A stretch of 64,000 bases of DNA from an uncultured Planctomycetota bacterium (GTDB lineage: Bacteria; Planctomycetota; Planctomycetia; Isosphaerales; Isosphaeraceae), in NCBI GenBank assembly GCA_963845755.1, contig CAWJTV010000026.1, forward strand, positions 64,001-128,000. The letters are read 5' to 3'. A model generated the notes under the pieces. That model saw only the letters and a list, made by a program, of their open reading frames with translations, was not told where the DNA came from and searched no databases. Positions 10,617 through 21,092 of this stretch are shown piece by piece (within the stretch, counting starts at the first letter, position 1; every line of letters begins with the position of its first letter). A program made the translations under genes and the position numbers.

Positions 10617-12893
10617 CTACTCGAGAACCACCTCGCCGAAGATCTTCTCCGGGAATCCCGAGATCGCGCGAGGCCATCATGCCGGTCATCACCGACGCCT
10701 CGATGCTGCCCAGGATGCCCGTGAAGACATAATCGCCGGCCACGTAGATATTCGCAAACGGCGTCTTCCCTTGCTTCATGCGGAACTCCTGGTCGTTGGG
10801 AACGCACAGGACATATCGTTCGGAGGGAGAAATGTTCGCCCGGAAGAACTGCGCATTGAAGCGCGCCGGATTGCCGCCGTTCCTGGGGTCGAACAGCTTC
10901 TCCCAGTCCAGCCCGCTGGGATCGAAGGGAGAACTCGCCTTGGGCCAGATCACATCGGCGTTGTCGGAGAGCCACTGCCAGGCCATCGCCTTGACGCGCT
11001 CCTGCTGCAAGCGGGGGAAGCTGTGGTCCGAGAAATCGGGGATGGACTCCGGATCGGGGAGGTTGCCGCAGAGATACGAGACGCTCCCCGGGGCGTTGTC
11101 CGCCGGCCACGATTCGCGCGGTAAGACCTGCGAGAAATCGCCCCAGGTCTGGATCGGCTGTGCGTAGGCCGTGATCAGGGGCGTCTGGTAGGCCCAGCCC
11201 AGTTGCTCCCACGTGGACTTGCACCAGATCTGCACGCCGACCGTCTGCGTCGTCTTCAACCGCTCGACCATGTTCCGCCAGCTCGCGCTGGCGGCGATCA
11301 ACTCCTGCGTCAGGTACTTCAAGGGATCGAGCGACATGGCGAGCACGACGAGATCGAAATCCTGCCCGCAGGCGAGCGTCCGGGTCTTGACGCCATCCCA
11401 GTCGGCCCAGGGACACTCCAGGTCGATTCGCTTCTCCTCGAGGATCGGCCCCTCCGAAGAGCTGGTCGTAGAGGGGCATGGCCGGCCAGCACGGGAGATC
11501 CTTGACGTCGAACGAGCGGCCAGTATTCTCCGGAATAGTCGCGCCCCTGGACCGTGTGCACCTGCTTCCTCGCCTCGTCGGTGACCGTCGCCTGGACTTC
11601 CACGTCGATCCGTTCGACGAAGACCTTGTCCGGGGAGAGGTGCAAGTCCTTCACCTCCTGGAAGAACTCGAACTTCACGCCGAGGTCGCGCAGGACCAGG
11701 TAGAGCGGCGTGAACACCGTGTCGCCCATCCCGGCCTGCATCTTCCAGAAGATCGCCCCGGTGTCCTGCATGGTCAGCCGCATCAGGTGCAACAGGGCCG
11801 TCCCGGCCGCCATCGAGGGCCTGGAGGGATCGCCTCGTTCATACGCGAAGCAGTAATCATAGTAGCCGCGGACCAATCCCGAGTACGCGGTCGTATCGTG
11901 GGCCCCGTGCAATTGCAGCCACTGCCGGAAATCATACCGATCGATGACCGTGGTGCCGTGCACGAGCACGCCGTCGCGGATCACGCCGCAGATCGTCGTG
12001 CCGATGAGGTTGAACCAGGATGAAGAGCCGGCGCAATCGGGTGTTTTTCATCATCAAGTGTTCGAGACTATTCCCCAGCCATTTCAGGAACTCGCTGATG
12101 AGCCAGTCGATCGCGCGATGGGAGGCGGCGGGATGGTCGACCGGCTGCGTTTCGAGCTTCCCCACGATATGCAGGGCCAGTTGGACGAACTCCCGCTCCA
12201 TCACGATGAAGAGCGACGCCCTGGCCGGAGGCGCCGGGTTCGGGGGGGCGCCTGGGCGGCCAGCGGATCCTGGCCCGACCCGAAGAGCAAGTCGGCCTCG
12301 GCCCGGATCTCCCTCACAATGGCCTCGATCCAACCCGGCAGGGGCCGGCCGGCCGATGCGCAGGCGAACAGGCTCGGGGCGATGAGGTCCTCGATCAGGT
12401 CGCCCATCCAGCCGAGTGCGATCTTGAAGTAATCCCAGAGCGACAGCTCGCGGCCGGACCCGGGCAGCAGGTCGTTCGAGGGCGTCACCTGGACCCAATT
12501 GAGCCACTGCCCCTCGATGAACTCCTGGATCACGACGCAATTATGCTGACGGAAGGCCGGGCTGACTTCCGGCCGGCCGGGCACGGGGAAGACCGTCGCC
12601 AGCGGGTCCTCGCCGGGGACGCGCCTCAACTGCGGGTAGCAGCGCCGCATCAAGGCAAACGCATTCTCATAGAAGCCGCTCCAGACGTGAAGGCCGTGCT
12701 CCTCGACGCGATCGCCGGCATCCGCGTTTCGCCCGCTGGCGCCCTTGCCGCCGAGCCGCCAACCCATCTGATAGACGGTGACGTCGTAACGGTCCGGGCC
12801 CTGGGGCTGCGAGATCAATTCGTAGGCCGCCGCCAGGCCCGAGATCCCGCCCCCGAGGATCGCGATCTTCGTCTTCCGGTCCGGCTGATTCAT
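10617..12893 (-). CDS. FAD/NAD(P)-binding oxidoreductase of the amine-oxidase/carotenoid-desaturase-like superfamily, paralog 1 (apparent frameshifts)
   Basis: IAILGGGISGLAAA, YQMGWRLGGKGASGR, EEHGLHVW, MQAGMGDTVFTPLY, RANISPSERYV, YVAGD; re-framed end FPEKIFGEVVLE-TAG at 10617. Confidence 0.85.
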
Positions 12894-13117
12894 GCGTTCC
12901 CCCGCTCGAGGCCGGGCACGCGGCGCCCGCTTCGATCACCATGATGGCGAGACGCCGTTATGCGGACAATCGAGCCAGAATACCAGAAACACGTTGGCCC
13001 GCAAGAATCCGGGAGAAAGTCGGCGAATGGCTGAAACCCCGATGCCCTTCTGGTATAACGGTCGCGACGAAAGCTGGTGGAACGACTTCGGCCGTGGATC
13101 CCCCCGAGGATGCGTCG

Positions 13118-15301
13118 ATGAGCACCGTCGCGGAACCCAAGAAGCGAGTCGCCGTGCTGGGCAGCGGGCTGGGGAGCCTTTCCACGATCATGGCCCTGAC
13201 CGAGCAGCCGAACTGGCAGGACCAGTACGACATCACCGTCTACCAGATGGGTTGGCGGCTCGGCGGCAAGGGCGCCAGCGGGCGAAACGCGGCGAAAGGC
13301 CAACGCATCGAGGAACACGGGCTCCACGTCTGGATGGGCTGCTATCATAATGCCTTTGAGATGATCAAACGGGCCTATTGCGAATGCAAGGAGCACCAGC
13401 TCACGCCCACGAGCCCGTTCCAGGACTGGACCGACGCGTTCAAGCCGAACGGCCTGGTTACGGTCATGGATCACTTCGACGGCGCCTGGAAACCCTGGAC
13501 CGTCACCTTCCCCGCCAACGGCGAGGTGCCCGGCACCGGCGGAATCTGGCTGACCCCCTGGGACTATCTCAAGGAGCTGCTCGGGTTCATGGTCGGGCGG
13601 GTCGAGGCGGCGGGCCACGCGCTCGTCCAGAACTTTCTCGAGGCGCACAAGAGTCACACGATCACCGGGTGGGTCCTCGACGTGATTGCCGGCGTCCAGG
13701 AGGTCGCCGCGGCCGTCTTGCACGTGGCGGAACATCCCCTGACTTTCCTGCACCGAGCCCGCGACCTCGCCGGTTCCCTCCATCCGGATCCGAGCCGGCA
13801 CACGGCGGGCCAGCACTGGGCCATCGTTTCCCTCGTCGACAACTTCCTGAAGAACTTCCTGGGCGCCATCGAGAAGGACCTCGCGACCAGCGTCGAGCTG
13901 CACCGCCTGTGGACCTTGCTCGATCTGGCCGGCGCGATGGTCAAGGGGATGATCCGCGATGGCGTGCTCTATTCCGGGTTCGACGTGCTCGACAAGTACG
14001 ACTTCATCCAATGGCTCCGCGCCAACGGTGCCACCGAAGACCATGCCCGGTCCGCCCCGGTGCGCACCATCTATGACCTCATCTTCGCCTATGAACAGGG
14101 CGATGACCGACGCCCCAACCTGGCGGCCGGCGTGGCCATGCGGATCTGCCTCCGCGTGACGCTGGGATACCGCGGCTCGGTCATCTATCGGATGCAGGCC
14201 GCGATGGGCGACACCGTCTTCACGCCCATGTACAAGGTCCTGAAGCGGCGCGGGGTCAAGTTCCAGTTCTTCCAACGGGTCGACCAGTTGCACCTCTCGC
14301 CCGACGGACACTACATCGAGGCGATCGACCTGGGCATCCAGGCCACACTGACCGAAGCGGCGAAGCAGGCCAACCCCGATGGGGAGTACGCGCCGTTGAT
14401 GCCCCCCCTGCATGGGCTGGAGTGCTGGCCGAGCCTCCCGTTCTACGGCCAGCTCGTCCAGGGACAGGCGCTCGAACAAGGGGGCTACGACCTGGAATCG
14501 GCCTGGACGAACTGGCAGGACGCCGGCAAGGTCTCGCTGCAACGCGGCAAGGATTTCGACCTCGTGGTGCTGGGCATCTCGATCGGGGCGCTGCCGTACC
14601 TCAGCGGGGAGCTGGCGAACGCGAACCCGGCCTGGCAGCGGATGCTCGACGGGATCAAGACGGTGCAAACCGAGGCCTGCCAGGTCTGGGGCAACCACGA
14701 CAGCCAGGCGATGGGCTGGAACGCGCCGCAGCCCAACATCTGGGCGGCCTATCCCTGGTCCGGCGCCGACATGAGCGAGCTGATTCGCATGGAAGACTGG
14801 TCGGTCGCGCAGGGAGTGCGCAACATCTCCTATTACTGCCGGCAATTGCCCGACGCCGCCGCGATCCCGCCGCCCTGTCCCGATCCCGAGTTTCCCAGGT
14901 CCCAGCGCGATCGGGTGAAACAGGACTCCGTCGCGTTCCTCACGACGCAAATCGAACCGATCTGGCCCAGGGCGGTTTCCCCCGGCGACCCGAAGGGTAT
15001 CAACTGGGATTGGGTCGTCGATCCCGAGAACCGGGCCGGTGCGCAGCGGTTCAACTACCAGTACTGGCGGGCGAACATCGACCCGACGGAGCGTTACGTC
15101 ATGTCCGTGACCCACAGCACCCAGGATCGCCTGACGTCCGAGACCTGCGGCTTCCTGAACCTGTACATTGCCGGCGACTGGACCCTGAACGGCTTCAACG
15201 CCGGTTGCGTGGAGGCGGCGGTGACCTCGGGCCTCATGGCTTGCCGCGCCCTGTGTGGTTCACCGAAGACGATCGTCGGCGAGCCGGGCCACGAGTCCTG
15301 A
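13118..15301 (+). CDS. FAD/NAD(P)-binding oxidoreductase, paralog 2 (intact)
   Basis: VAVLGSGLGSL, YQMGWRLGGKGASGR, EEHGLHVW, MQAAMGDTVFTPMY, RANIDPTERYV, AGDWT..NAGCVEAAV; GAGG before ATG at 13118. Confidence 0.9.
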   Translation: MSTVAEPKKRVAVLGSGLGSLSTIMALTEQPNWQDQYDITVYQMGWRLGGKGASGRNAAKGQRIEEHGLHVWMGCYHNAFEMIKRAYCECKEHQLTPTSPFQDWTDAFKPNGLVTVMDHFDGAWKPWTVTFPANGEVPGTGGIWLTPWDYLKELLGFMVGRVEAAGHALVQNFLEAHKSHTITGWVLDVIAGVQEVAAAVLHVAEHPLTFLHRARDLAGSLHPDPSRHTAGQHWAIVSLVDNFLKNFLGAIEKDLATSVELHRLWTLLDLAGAMVKGMIRDGVLYSGFDVLDKYDFIQWLRANGATEDHARSAPVRTIYDLIFAYEQGDDRRPNLAAGVAMRICLRVTLGYRGSVIYRMQAAMGDTVFTPMYKVLKRRGVKFQFFQRVDQLHLSPDGHYIEAIDLGIQATLTEAAKQANPDGEYAPLMPPLHGLECWPSLPFYGQLVQGQALEQGGYDLESAWTNWQDAGKVSLQRGKDFDLVVLGISIGALPYLSGELANANPAWQRMLDGIKTVQTEACQVWGNHDSQAMGWNAPQPNIWAAYPWSGADMSELIRMEDWSVAQGVRNISYYCRQLPDAAAIPPPCPDPEFPRSQRDRVKQDSVAFLTTQIEPIWPRAVSPGDPKGINWDWVVDPENRAGAQRFNYQYWRANIDPTERYVMSVTHSTQDRLTSETCGFLNLYIAGDWTLNGFNAGCVEAAVTSGLMACRALCGSPKTIVGEPGHES

Positions 15302-15362
15302 ACCGGTCGAGACGAGACGAGACCGGCCGGAACCCGTCCGATATTTCAAGAGGGGAGAAATC

Positions 15363-16361
15363 ATGGGAGACGACGGCGCGCCGCGATTTGTCCAGCCTGG
15401 CGGTTCCCAGACCTATCCGCAGCCGCTCGACCTTCAGAATTGCCATCTCTTCAGCTTCGTCCTGGAAGCGGACGCGACGGCACTCCGCAAGATCTGCGAG
15501 ACATTCCTGAACGACCCGGTCAACGGCCAGGTCACGTATGTCCCCCTGGCCTCCTTCGCCATGCTGATGGTCGCCATGATCGGCAAGATTTCCTGCGTCA
15601 ACCTCCCGCCCGACCAGCAATTCTGGCTGCCCGAGTCGGACATCGCCTTCTGGGTCCCCGTCCTCAAGGGGAAGACGGAGGGCGGGCTTTTCGTCGCGGA
15701 GTCGTTGCAGTGGTTCCTCCCTTATGTGTTCGTCAATAACACGTGGGCCGCCGCCTCGGGTCGCGAGATCTACGGCTATCCCAAGGCCATGTCCGCCTTC
15801 GAGCTCCCCTCCCCGGACGACCCGGACCACTTCCGCGTCAACACGTTGACCGTCAAGACCTTCGGCCCGGATGCGGAAGCGACCTGGCAGCGATTGTTCG
15901 AAATCGACCGGATCGGCAGCCCGGGCGGCGGCCTCCTGAGGAGGACCTTCCACAGCGTGGTCGAAGCCGGAGAAGCCTTCCTGAAGGCCGCGATCGCGGA
16001 TCGGCTCCTGCCGATCCCCGGCCTGGGACTGCTCGAGGAGCTCTTCCAGTTCGTCGTTCACGGGACGATGCCGATGGTCTTCCTGAAACAATTCCGCGAC
16101 GCCCGGGTCGGCACCAATGCCTGTTATCAGGCCGTGGTGGAATCGCCGGCCCAGATCACGAAGTTCCGCAAGGCCGGCGAGATCGACGCAGATTACGAGG
16201 TGACGATTCATGGCTTCGCGAGCCATCCGATCGTGGCCGACCTGGGTCTCAAGGGGACGGTCACCGCGGCGACCAGCGACTGGATCGGGAACGTCCTGAG
16301 CGCCTGGTACGCCGATTTCGACTTCCAGACGCTCGACGCCACGCGGACCTGGACGGCGTAG
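15363..16361 (+). CDS. Acetoacetate decarboxylase-like superfamily protein
   Basis: YVFVNN..A...GREIYGYPK motif with the Schiff-base lysine, VFLKQFRD; SD GAGGGGAG upstream; co-oriented about 60 bp after the oxidoreductase. Confidence 0.8.
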   Translation: MGDDGAPRFVQPGGSQTYPQPLDLQNCHLFSFVLEADATALRKICETFLNDPVNGQVTYVPLASFAMLMVAMIGKISCVNLPPDQQFWLPESDIAFWVPVLKGKTEGGLFVAESLQWFLPYVFVNNTWAAASGREIYGYPKAMSAFELPSPDDPDHFRVNTLTVKTFGPDAEATWQRLFEIDRIGSPGGGLLRRTFHSVVEAGEAFLKAAIADRLLPIPGLGLLEELFQFVVHGTMPMVFLKQFRDARVGTNACYQAVVESPAQITKFRKAGEIDADYEVTIHGFASHPIVADLGLKGTVTAATSDWIGNVLSAWYADFDFQTLDATRTWTA

Positions 16362-16412
16362 CCGGCGTTGATGGGGTCAACATCCGTGGGATCCCTGCTC
16401 GTCGTGCGGATC

Positions 16413-16645
16413 TTGGGAAGTCCTGATTCGAGATTCCGGATCAAATAATCCTTGAATATCGAATCGAGATTCATTCCGTGGGATCCCCGCTCGGTATGCA
16501 GATATTGGGAAGTCCTGATTCGAGATTCACGATTATATATCAAAACAATCTCGAATCTCGAATATCTCGAATCTCGAATCTCGAATCTCGAATCTCGAAT
16601 CTCGAATCCTGATTTCCTCATTGGGTTGCGACCGTCCGCCGCGAT
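16413..16645. repeat. Heptamer tandem repeat (AATCTCG)n with upstream complementary units and a short direct repeat
   Basis: About 8 AATCTCG units at 16547-16604 (one is AATATCTCG); TTGGGAAGTCCTGATTCGAGATTC occurs at about 16413 and 16505. Confidence 0.9.
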
Positions 16646-16936
16646 CGGGAGGGCCGGCGGGCTGGGTACCCGCGATACGCGCCACCGCGAGAGCGCCGAC
16701 GGTCCCGCACAATCGATTTTTTCCGCACTTCCGCGCCTCCATGGGCTCGGCCGAATGTACGCTCCTCCTGGGAAAAGGGGCCGGCCAGGAGCACCTGGAC
16801 GTTTAGATGATCTGGAGCGTTGGCGGCGACGGGCAAAACTGAGCGCCACGGGTTGTCTTGACGATAGCTAGAGTACGACGCCGCTGGGGGGAGACCGAGC
16901 GGCACTGAGCGAGGCAGAACAAGCCGGGAGGCGACG

Positions 16937-17947
16937 ATGACGCGGGCGGTGTTTTGCGGGGTTCTGGCGTGCGGGATGCTGCTGGGGACCGGTGCCGGGT
17001 GGGTGCGAGCCGGGTCGTGGACCAACGGGTTATTCGCGGAGAACCGGCACGATTTCGGGATGGTCCCTCGGGGCGCGAAGGTCAAGCACGAGTTCCTGAT
17101 GGTGAACCGGCTGGCGGAGCCGATCACGATCTTGAATCTCCGACCGTCGTGCGGCTGCACCAGCGGGCGGGCGAGTGCGTCGCTGGTGGGGCCGGGCCAG
17201 TCGGCGGTGATCGAGGCGCAGATGGACACCCGGAACTTCGTCGGCCCGAAGTCGACGGTCTTGTACGTGAATCTGATCACCGCCGGCGGCCGGGAGGCGG
17301 AGGTCGGCCTGGGGGTCAGCGCCCAGATCCTCAGCGACATCGTGCTGAATCCGGGCTCGATCGACTTCGGGATGGTGGCGCGGGGCCAGTCGCCGGTGCA
17401 GGTCATCACGATCGATCGGATCAACGCGGACGGCTGGCGATTCGTGCGGATGGTCTCGGGTTCGCGAGTGCTCAATGCGCAGCTCGCGGAGACCGGCCGG
17501 AAGGAAGGCAGCGTGAGTTATTCGCTCTCGGTGAGCTTGAAGCCCGACGCGCCCGCCGGCCCGGTCCGGGATGAGATCCGGATGCTCAGCAACGACCCCG
17601 AGACACCGAGCATCCCGGTCCTGGTGACCGCCTGGATTCGCGGCGAACTGACCGCCGCGCCCTCGGTCCTGGCGCTGGGACCGGTGAATTCGTCGGCCGG
17701 GGTGCAGGGCCGGTTCATCGTCCGAGGCCCGCGCCCGTTCGCGATCCAATCCATCGAAGGGGACGGCGACGGTTTCTCCACCTCGACGCCCAAGGGGACC
17801 CGCCAGGCGCTCCATGTGGTCACGGTGGCCTACAAGCCCGACGAAGGGACCACCCGCGGCGACATCCGCCGCGTCTTCCGCGTCCAGACCGACCTGCCGG
17901 GCGAGCCCCCCATCGACCTGACCGCGACCTTGCACGTGGTACCGTGA
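16937..17947 (+). CDS. Secreted DUF1573-domain (Ig-like) protein
   Basis: Signal peptide, HDFGMV...HEF..N, RPSCGCT motif, repeated beta-sandwich segments; SD GGAGG. Confidence 0.85.
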   Translation: MTRAVFCGVLACGMLLGTGAGWVRAGSWTNGLFAENRHDFGMVPRGAKVKHEFLMVNRLAEPITILNLRPSCGCTSGRASASLVGPGQSAVIEAQMDTRNFVGPKSTVLYVNLITAGGREAEVGLGVSAQILSDIVLNPGSIDFGMVARGQSPVQVITIDRINADGWRFVRMVSGSRVLNAQLAETGRKEGSVSYSLSVSLKPDAPAGPVRDEIRMLSNDPETPSIPVLVTAWIRGELTAAPSVLALGPVNSSAGVQGRFIVRGPRPFAIQSIEGDGDGFSTSTPKGTRQALHVVTVAYKPDEGTTRGDIRRVFRVQTDLPGEPPIDLTATLHVVP

Positions 17948-17998
17948 CGTGAGCCCGCCCGTGGCTGAGTCAGCGCACCACGGAAATGGGATCGGACT

Positions 17999-18065
17999 TC
18001 GGGAGTGCGAGCCTCCGTCCGAGCCGGCATCAACCCGAGGCTCGGACGGAGGCTCGCACTCCCGA
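17999..18065. repeat. Perfect palindrome (27-bp arms), REP-like or terminator
   Basis: TCGGGAGTGCGAGCCTCCGTCCGAGCC - 13 nt - GGCTCGGACGGAGGCTCGCACTCCCGA, about 50 bp after the DUF1573 gene stop. Confidence 0.85.
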
Positions 18066-18600
18066 GGGAATTCCAGGCCGTTTCTCTGTGGTGCGGTACT
18101 GAGGGCCCATGACCTGCGCGACCTGATCGGATCCAGGCCACCAAGAACCGAGCGCGCATTTCCTGGTCAGAAAGCGACTTCCGTCGAATCAATGGCGACG
18201 ATCGGCGCGGTGTCCCCGATGGGTTTTTCGCCATCCGGAACCTCGGAGTGACCGCGCGCAATCTCTCGCTGATTGCGGCGAGGCGAATTTTTTTATGTCT
18301 TTTTCAATTAACGATTTACGACGAAAGATTTTCCCGTTTGGCGACTAGGTGCATTTCGTTTTTTTGAAAGTTGCGGCATCCTGATTAATAGACCCTTCCT
18401 CCGCAACGCGAGCCGCGGCCGCAGCCCGGCCTCGCCATCGCTTCGAGACCGTTGGAACCGCTGTTCATTATGGACGCCTGAACCCTCGCGAGCCCCTGCC
18501 TGCCTCCGCGAGCGTACCGGTTCAACCGATCGCGAGTCGAGCAACCCCGGTTCGGCCCACGAGCCTGCCGGGACCCCTTTCTCCTACACAATGAGCACCC

Positions 18601-19026
18601 ATGGCTGAATCCAATCGCAAGTTGCTGATCCAAGAACTCGCCCAGACCGTGGCCATCGGCGAGAACACGTCGACCTGGTGCGAAACGCACGGGATCGAGC
18701 CGGCGACCGTTCACGACTGGCAACGGAGGGATACGTTCCAGCAGATCGTCGCGGAGGTCCGAAGCCGTGCCGTGGACCATTCCATCGGAAAGATGGCCAA
18801 GAACCTCGGCGCAGCCGTCGAGCGGATCGTCACCCTCGTCGAGGAAGCGGAGAGCCAGAGCCTCCAGCTCACGGCCGCCAAGACCTTGATCGACAAGCTG
18901 CTGCTCGTCCAGAACCATGCCGAGCTCCGGAATGAGCTCCGACAACTCGAGGAACGGCTGACCGTGCAAGAGGAACGACGGGGCGTCGGCCTTCCCAGGT
19001 CACGGGGTGCGGGTCGTCCGGCGTGA
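18601..19026 (+). CDS. Hypothetical protein with N-terminal HTH-like segment and C-terminal coiled coil
   Basis: WCETHGIEPATVHDWQRRDTF resembles an HTH; ELRNELRQLEERL coiled coil; coding-like codon usage. Confidence 0.7.
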   Translation: MAESNRKLLIQELAQTVAIGENTSTWCETHGIEPATVHDWQRRDTFQQIVAEVRSRAVDHSIGKMAKNLGAAVERIVTLVEEAESQSLQLTAAKTLIDKLLLVQNHAELRNELRQLEERLTVQEERRGVGLPRSRGAGRPA

Positions 19027-19273
19027 GGCCCCGGCTCATCGACCCACATCGCTGCCGGGCTGAACCACGACCAAACCGCGACGGGACCCCGACCTCGCGG
19101 TGCACCGAGACAACTCTTGTGGCCTTCGGACATCAATTCCGATCGAAATGTCGATCTACGGCAACAATCCCGGTCCCTGACCTACACTCAGGATTCACGC
19201 GAGGGTGTCACCAGGCATGGAATCGACCGTTAGTCTTGGTGGGACTATCAAAAACTTGATTGTGCGAGCGTTT

Positions 19274-19849
19274 ATGATCTATCGTGCGGGAATCTTCACC
19301 GTGGTCGTGTGCCTCGTCCTGGGCGGCGGCCGTGAACTTTCGGCGGGGAGCATCCATCTCCGCTATCCGGTCAACGCGCCTGAGAGGCTGGCCGGCGCGA
19401 ACGAGCGCTATACGCGCGAGGTCCTGAGCCTGGACCGCCGGCATCCGGAGTGGTTCGAGCACACGCACCCATTCTATGCTCACATGTTCACTAATCCAGA
19501 GATGATGGACCGGCTCATCGCGCGCTGGGAGGCCCACGAGCAGCGGTTCGAATACTGGCACAACAGCCTGTGGAAGATTCTGGACGCCTACGCGATCGGC
19601 CTTGAGCATTCGCTTCCTCTCCTGCCGATCGACCTTCCGGCCTCCCGCAGTGCGGTGTCTGACGACCCGGGAGCCGGTCCGGGCGGGGTCGGACCGGGAG
19701 GCGGGACCTACGGGAATGTCGGCGGCGCGAGCGTCCCGGAACCGTCGAACGGAATCCTGATGGTGTCGGGGCTGATCGTGGGACTCCTCGGGCTCGCGTG
19801 GCGACGGATTCTCCGGCGTTTCTCGACGGACAAGCGAGTGCCGGGATGA
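19274..19849 (+). CDS. PEP-CTERM sorting domain protein
   Basis: Signal peptide, Gly/Pro linker, VPEPSNGILMVSGLIVGLLGLAWRR. Confidence 0.85.
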   Translation: MIYRAGIFTVVVCLVLGGGRELSAGSIHLRYPVNAPERLAGANERYTREVLSLDRRHPEWFEHTHPFYAHMFTNPEMMDRLIARWEAHEQRFEYWHNSLWKILDAYAIGLEHSLPLLPIDLPASRSAVSDDPGAGPGGVGPGGGTYGNVGGASVPEPSNGILMVSGLIVGLLGLAWRRILRRFSTDKRVPG

Positions 19850-19961
19850 ACCCACCGGCGCGTGATCAGGACGCTTCGTCGAAGCGACGGCGATCTCCTT
19901 CCCTCCGCGGGGATTCGACCCAGTCAGAATCCACCTCCGTAAGTCACTCCGAGGTCTCGGA

Positions 19962-20935
19962 TCACGAGCCCGCGGCCTGGAGCTGGATGTTGATCTGCAA
20001 GGTCAGGTCGATCGGGCTGGAGGTGTCCGTGCCGGCGCCCGAGGAGGTGATGGTCCCCTTGATCTTGGTCCGTTCCCGGGCCTCGACCACGCAACCGGCT
20101 TCGCGGTCGAAGACGATCGTCCCCTCGGAGGACTCGACCTTGAGGGTGCTCTTGGTCACCTTCAGCGGCGACGCGGCATTCGGAATCGGGCGGCAGGCAT
20201 GTGACCTCGAGCACCTTGCTGGTGATCTTATCGAGCGTCTGCTTGCCGCGCTTCTCGGTGCCGGTGTACTCGTATTTCTTGCGGAAGCTCAGCGGCTGGC
20301 CGCCGTAGTCGACGACCTCGGTCCGCTCCCACGACTCGCCGGGCTTGGCCGGGGCATCGGGGAGGTTCCGGTGCTCCTGCTCGAACTGGGCCTTGAGCCG
20401 GTCGGCCTCGATCCGGCCGCGGATCTGCTCCCGCGCGATCGCGTCGAGTTTGCTCGCCTGCTCCCGGAGCTTCTCGATGCCTTCGATCGCCTTGACCTTG
20501 TCCTCCTTGTCGAGCACGACCGAATAGCTCGCCGCGCTCTCCACCTTGTAGGGAGCCATCAGGAGGGCGAGATCGGGGTCGTCGATCTTGGCGTCGGGCT
20601 TCTTCGAGTCGAATTTCAGATCGATGCCGCCCTGGATCCTCAGCTCGACGCGGAGCGATTCGACCTTCACCTCGACCGGCAGGGTGGAATCCCCCCGCCG
20701 CTTGCCGATCGATTGCGTCCAGAGAACCGTCTTGTTCTCCCGGCTCTGGAGCTCCTGTCCCATGTTCGTCACGGTCTGGAACGCGGTCCAGTTCGTCCGA
20801 TACCGGAGCGTCTTCCCCTCGGGGAACTTGTACTGGAGCCTGACCTGGGCCCGGGCGAGTTTGCGCCCCGAAGAGCGTCAGGCAGGCGACGGCGGCAACC
20901 GCCGCTCCCATGCGACCGGCACGATGTAGCGTCAT
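19962..20935 (-). CDS. Secreted DUF6263-like protein, tandem copy 2 (apparent frameshifts)
   Basis: Colinear with the upstream paralog: AQVRLQYKFPEG, GKRRGDSTLPV, RNLPD..KPGESWER, FRKKYEY, VTKSTLKVESSEG..FDREAGCVVE. Confidence 0.75.
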
Positions 20936-21014
20936 GATCGATCTCCTTGGCTTACGATCATGATATCGCGAGCCGGCACCCTGCGAAAGGCGTCGGGGGG
21001 AAAGGCTTCGAGGA

Positions 21015-21076
21015 AAGGATGAAGGATGAGTCAGGACCGGATTTATTCATCCTTCATCCTTCATCCTTCATCCTTC
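21015..21076. repeat. Heptamer-based inverted repeat (GGATGAA)n / (TTCATCC)n
   Basis: AAGGATGAAGGATGA followed by four TTCATCC units, between the two DUF6263-like genes. Confidence 0.85.
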
Positions 21077-21092
21077 CCGAAACGATAGCGGC

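Noticed and set aside
12890..15115. Long antisense ORFs (741 aa here; also 5759..7759, 44612..46411, 38784..40193)
   Set aside because: Shadow frames of real high-GC genes, with no motifs of their own.
16452..16871. ORFs with ESRISNL/RFEIRDS repeats
   Set aside because: These are translations of the heptamer DNA repeat, not credible proteins.
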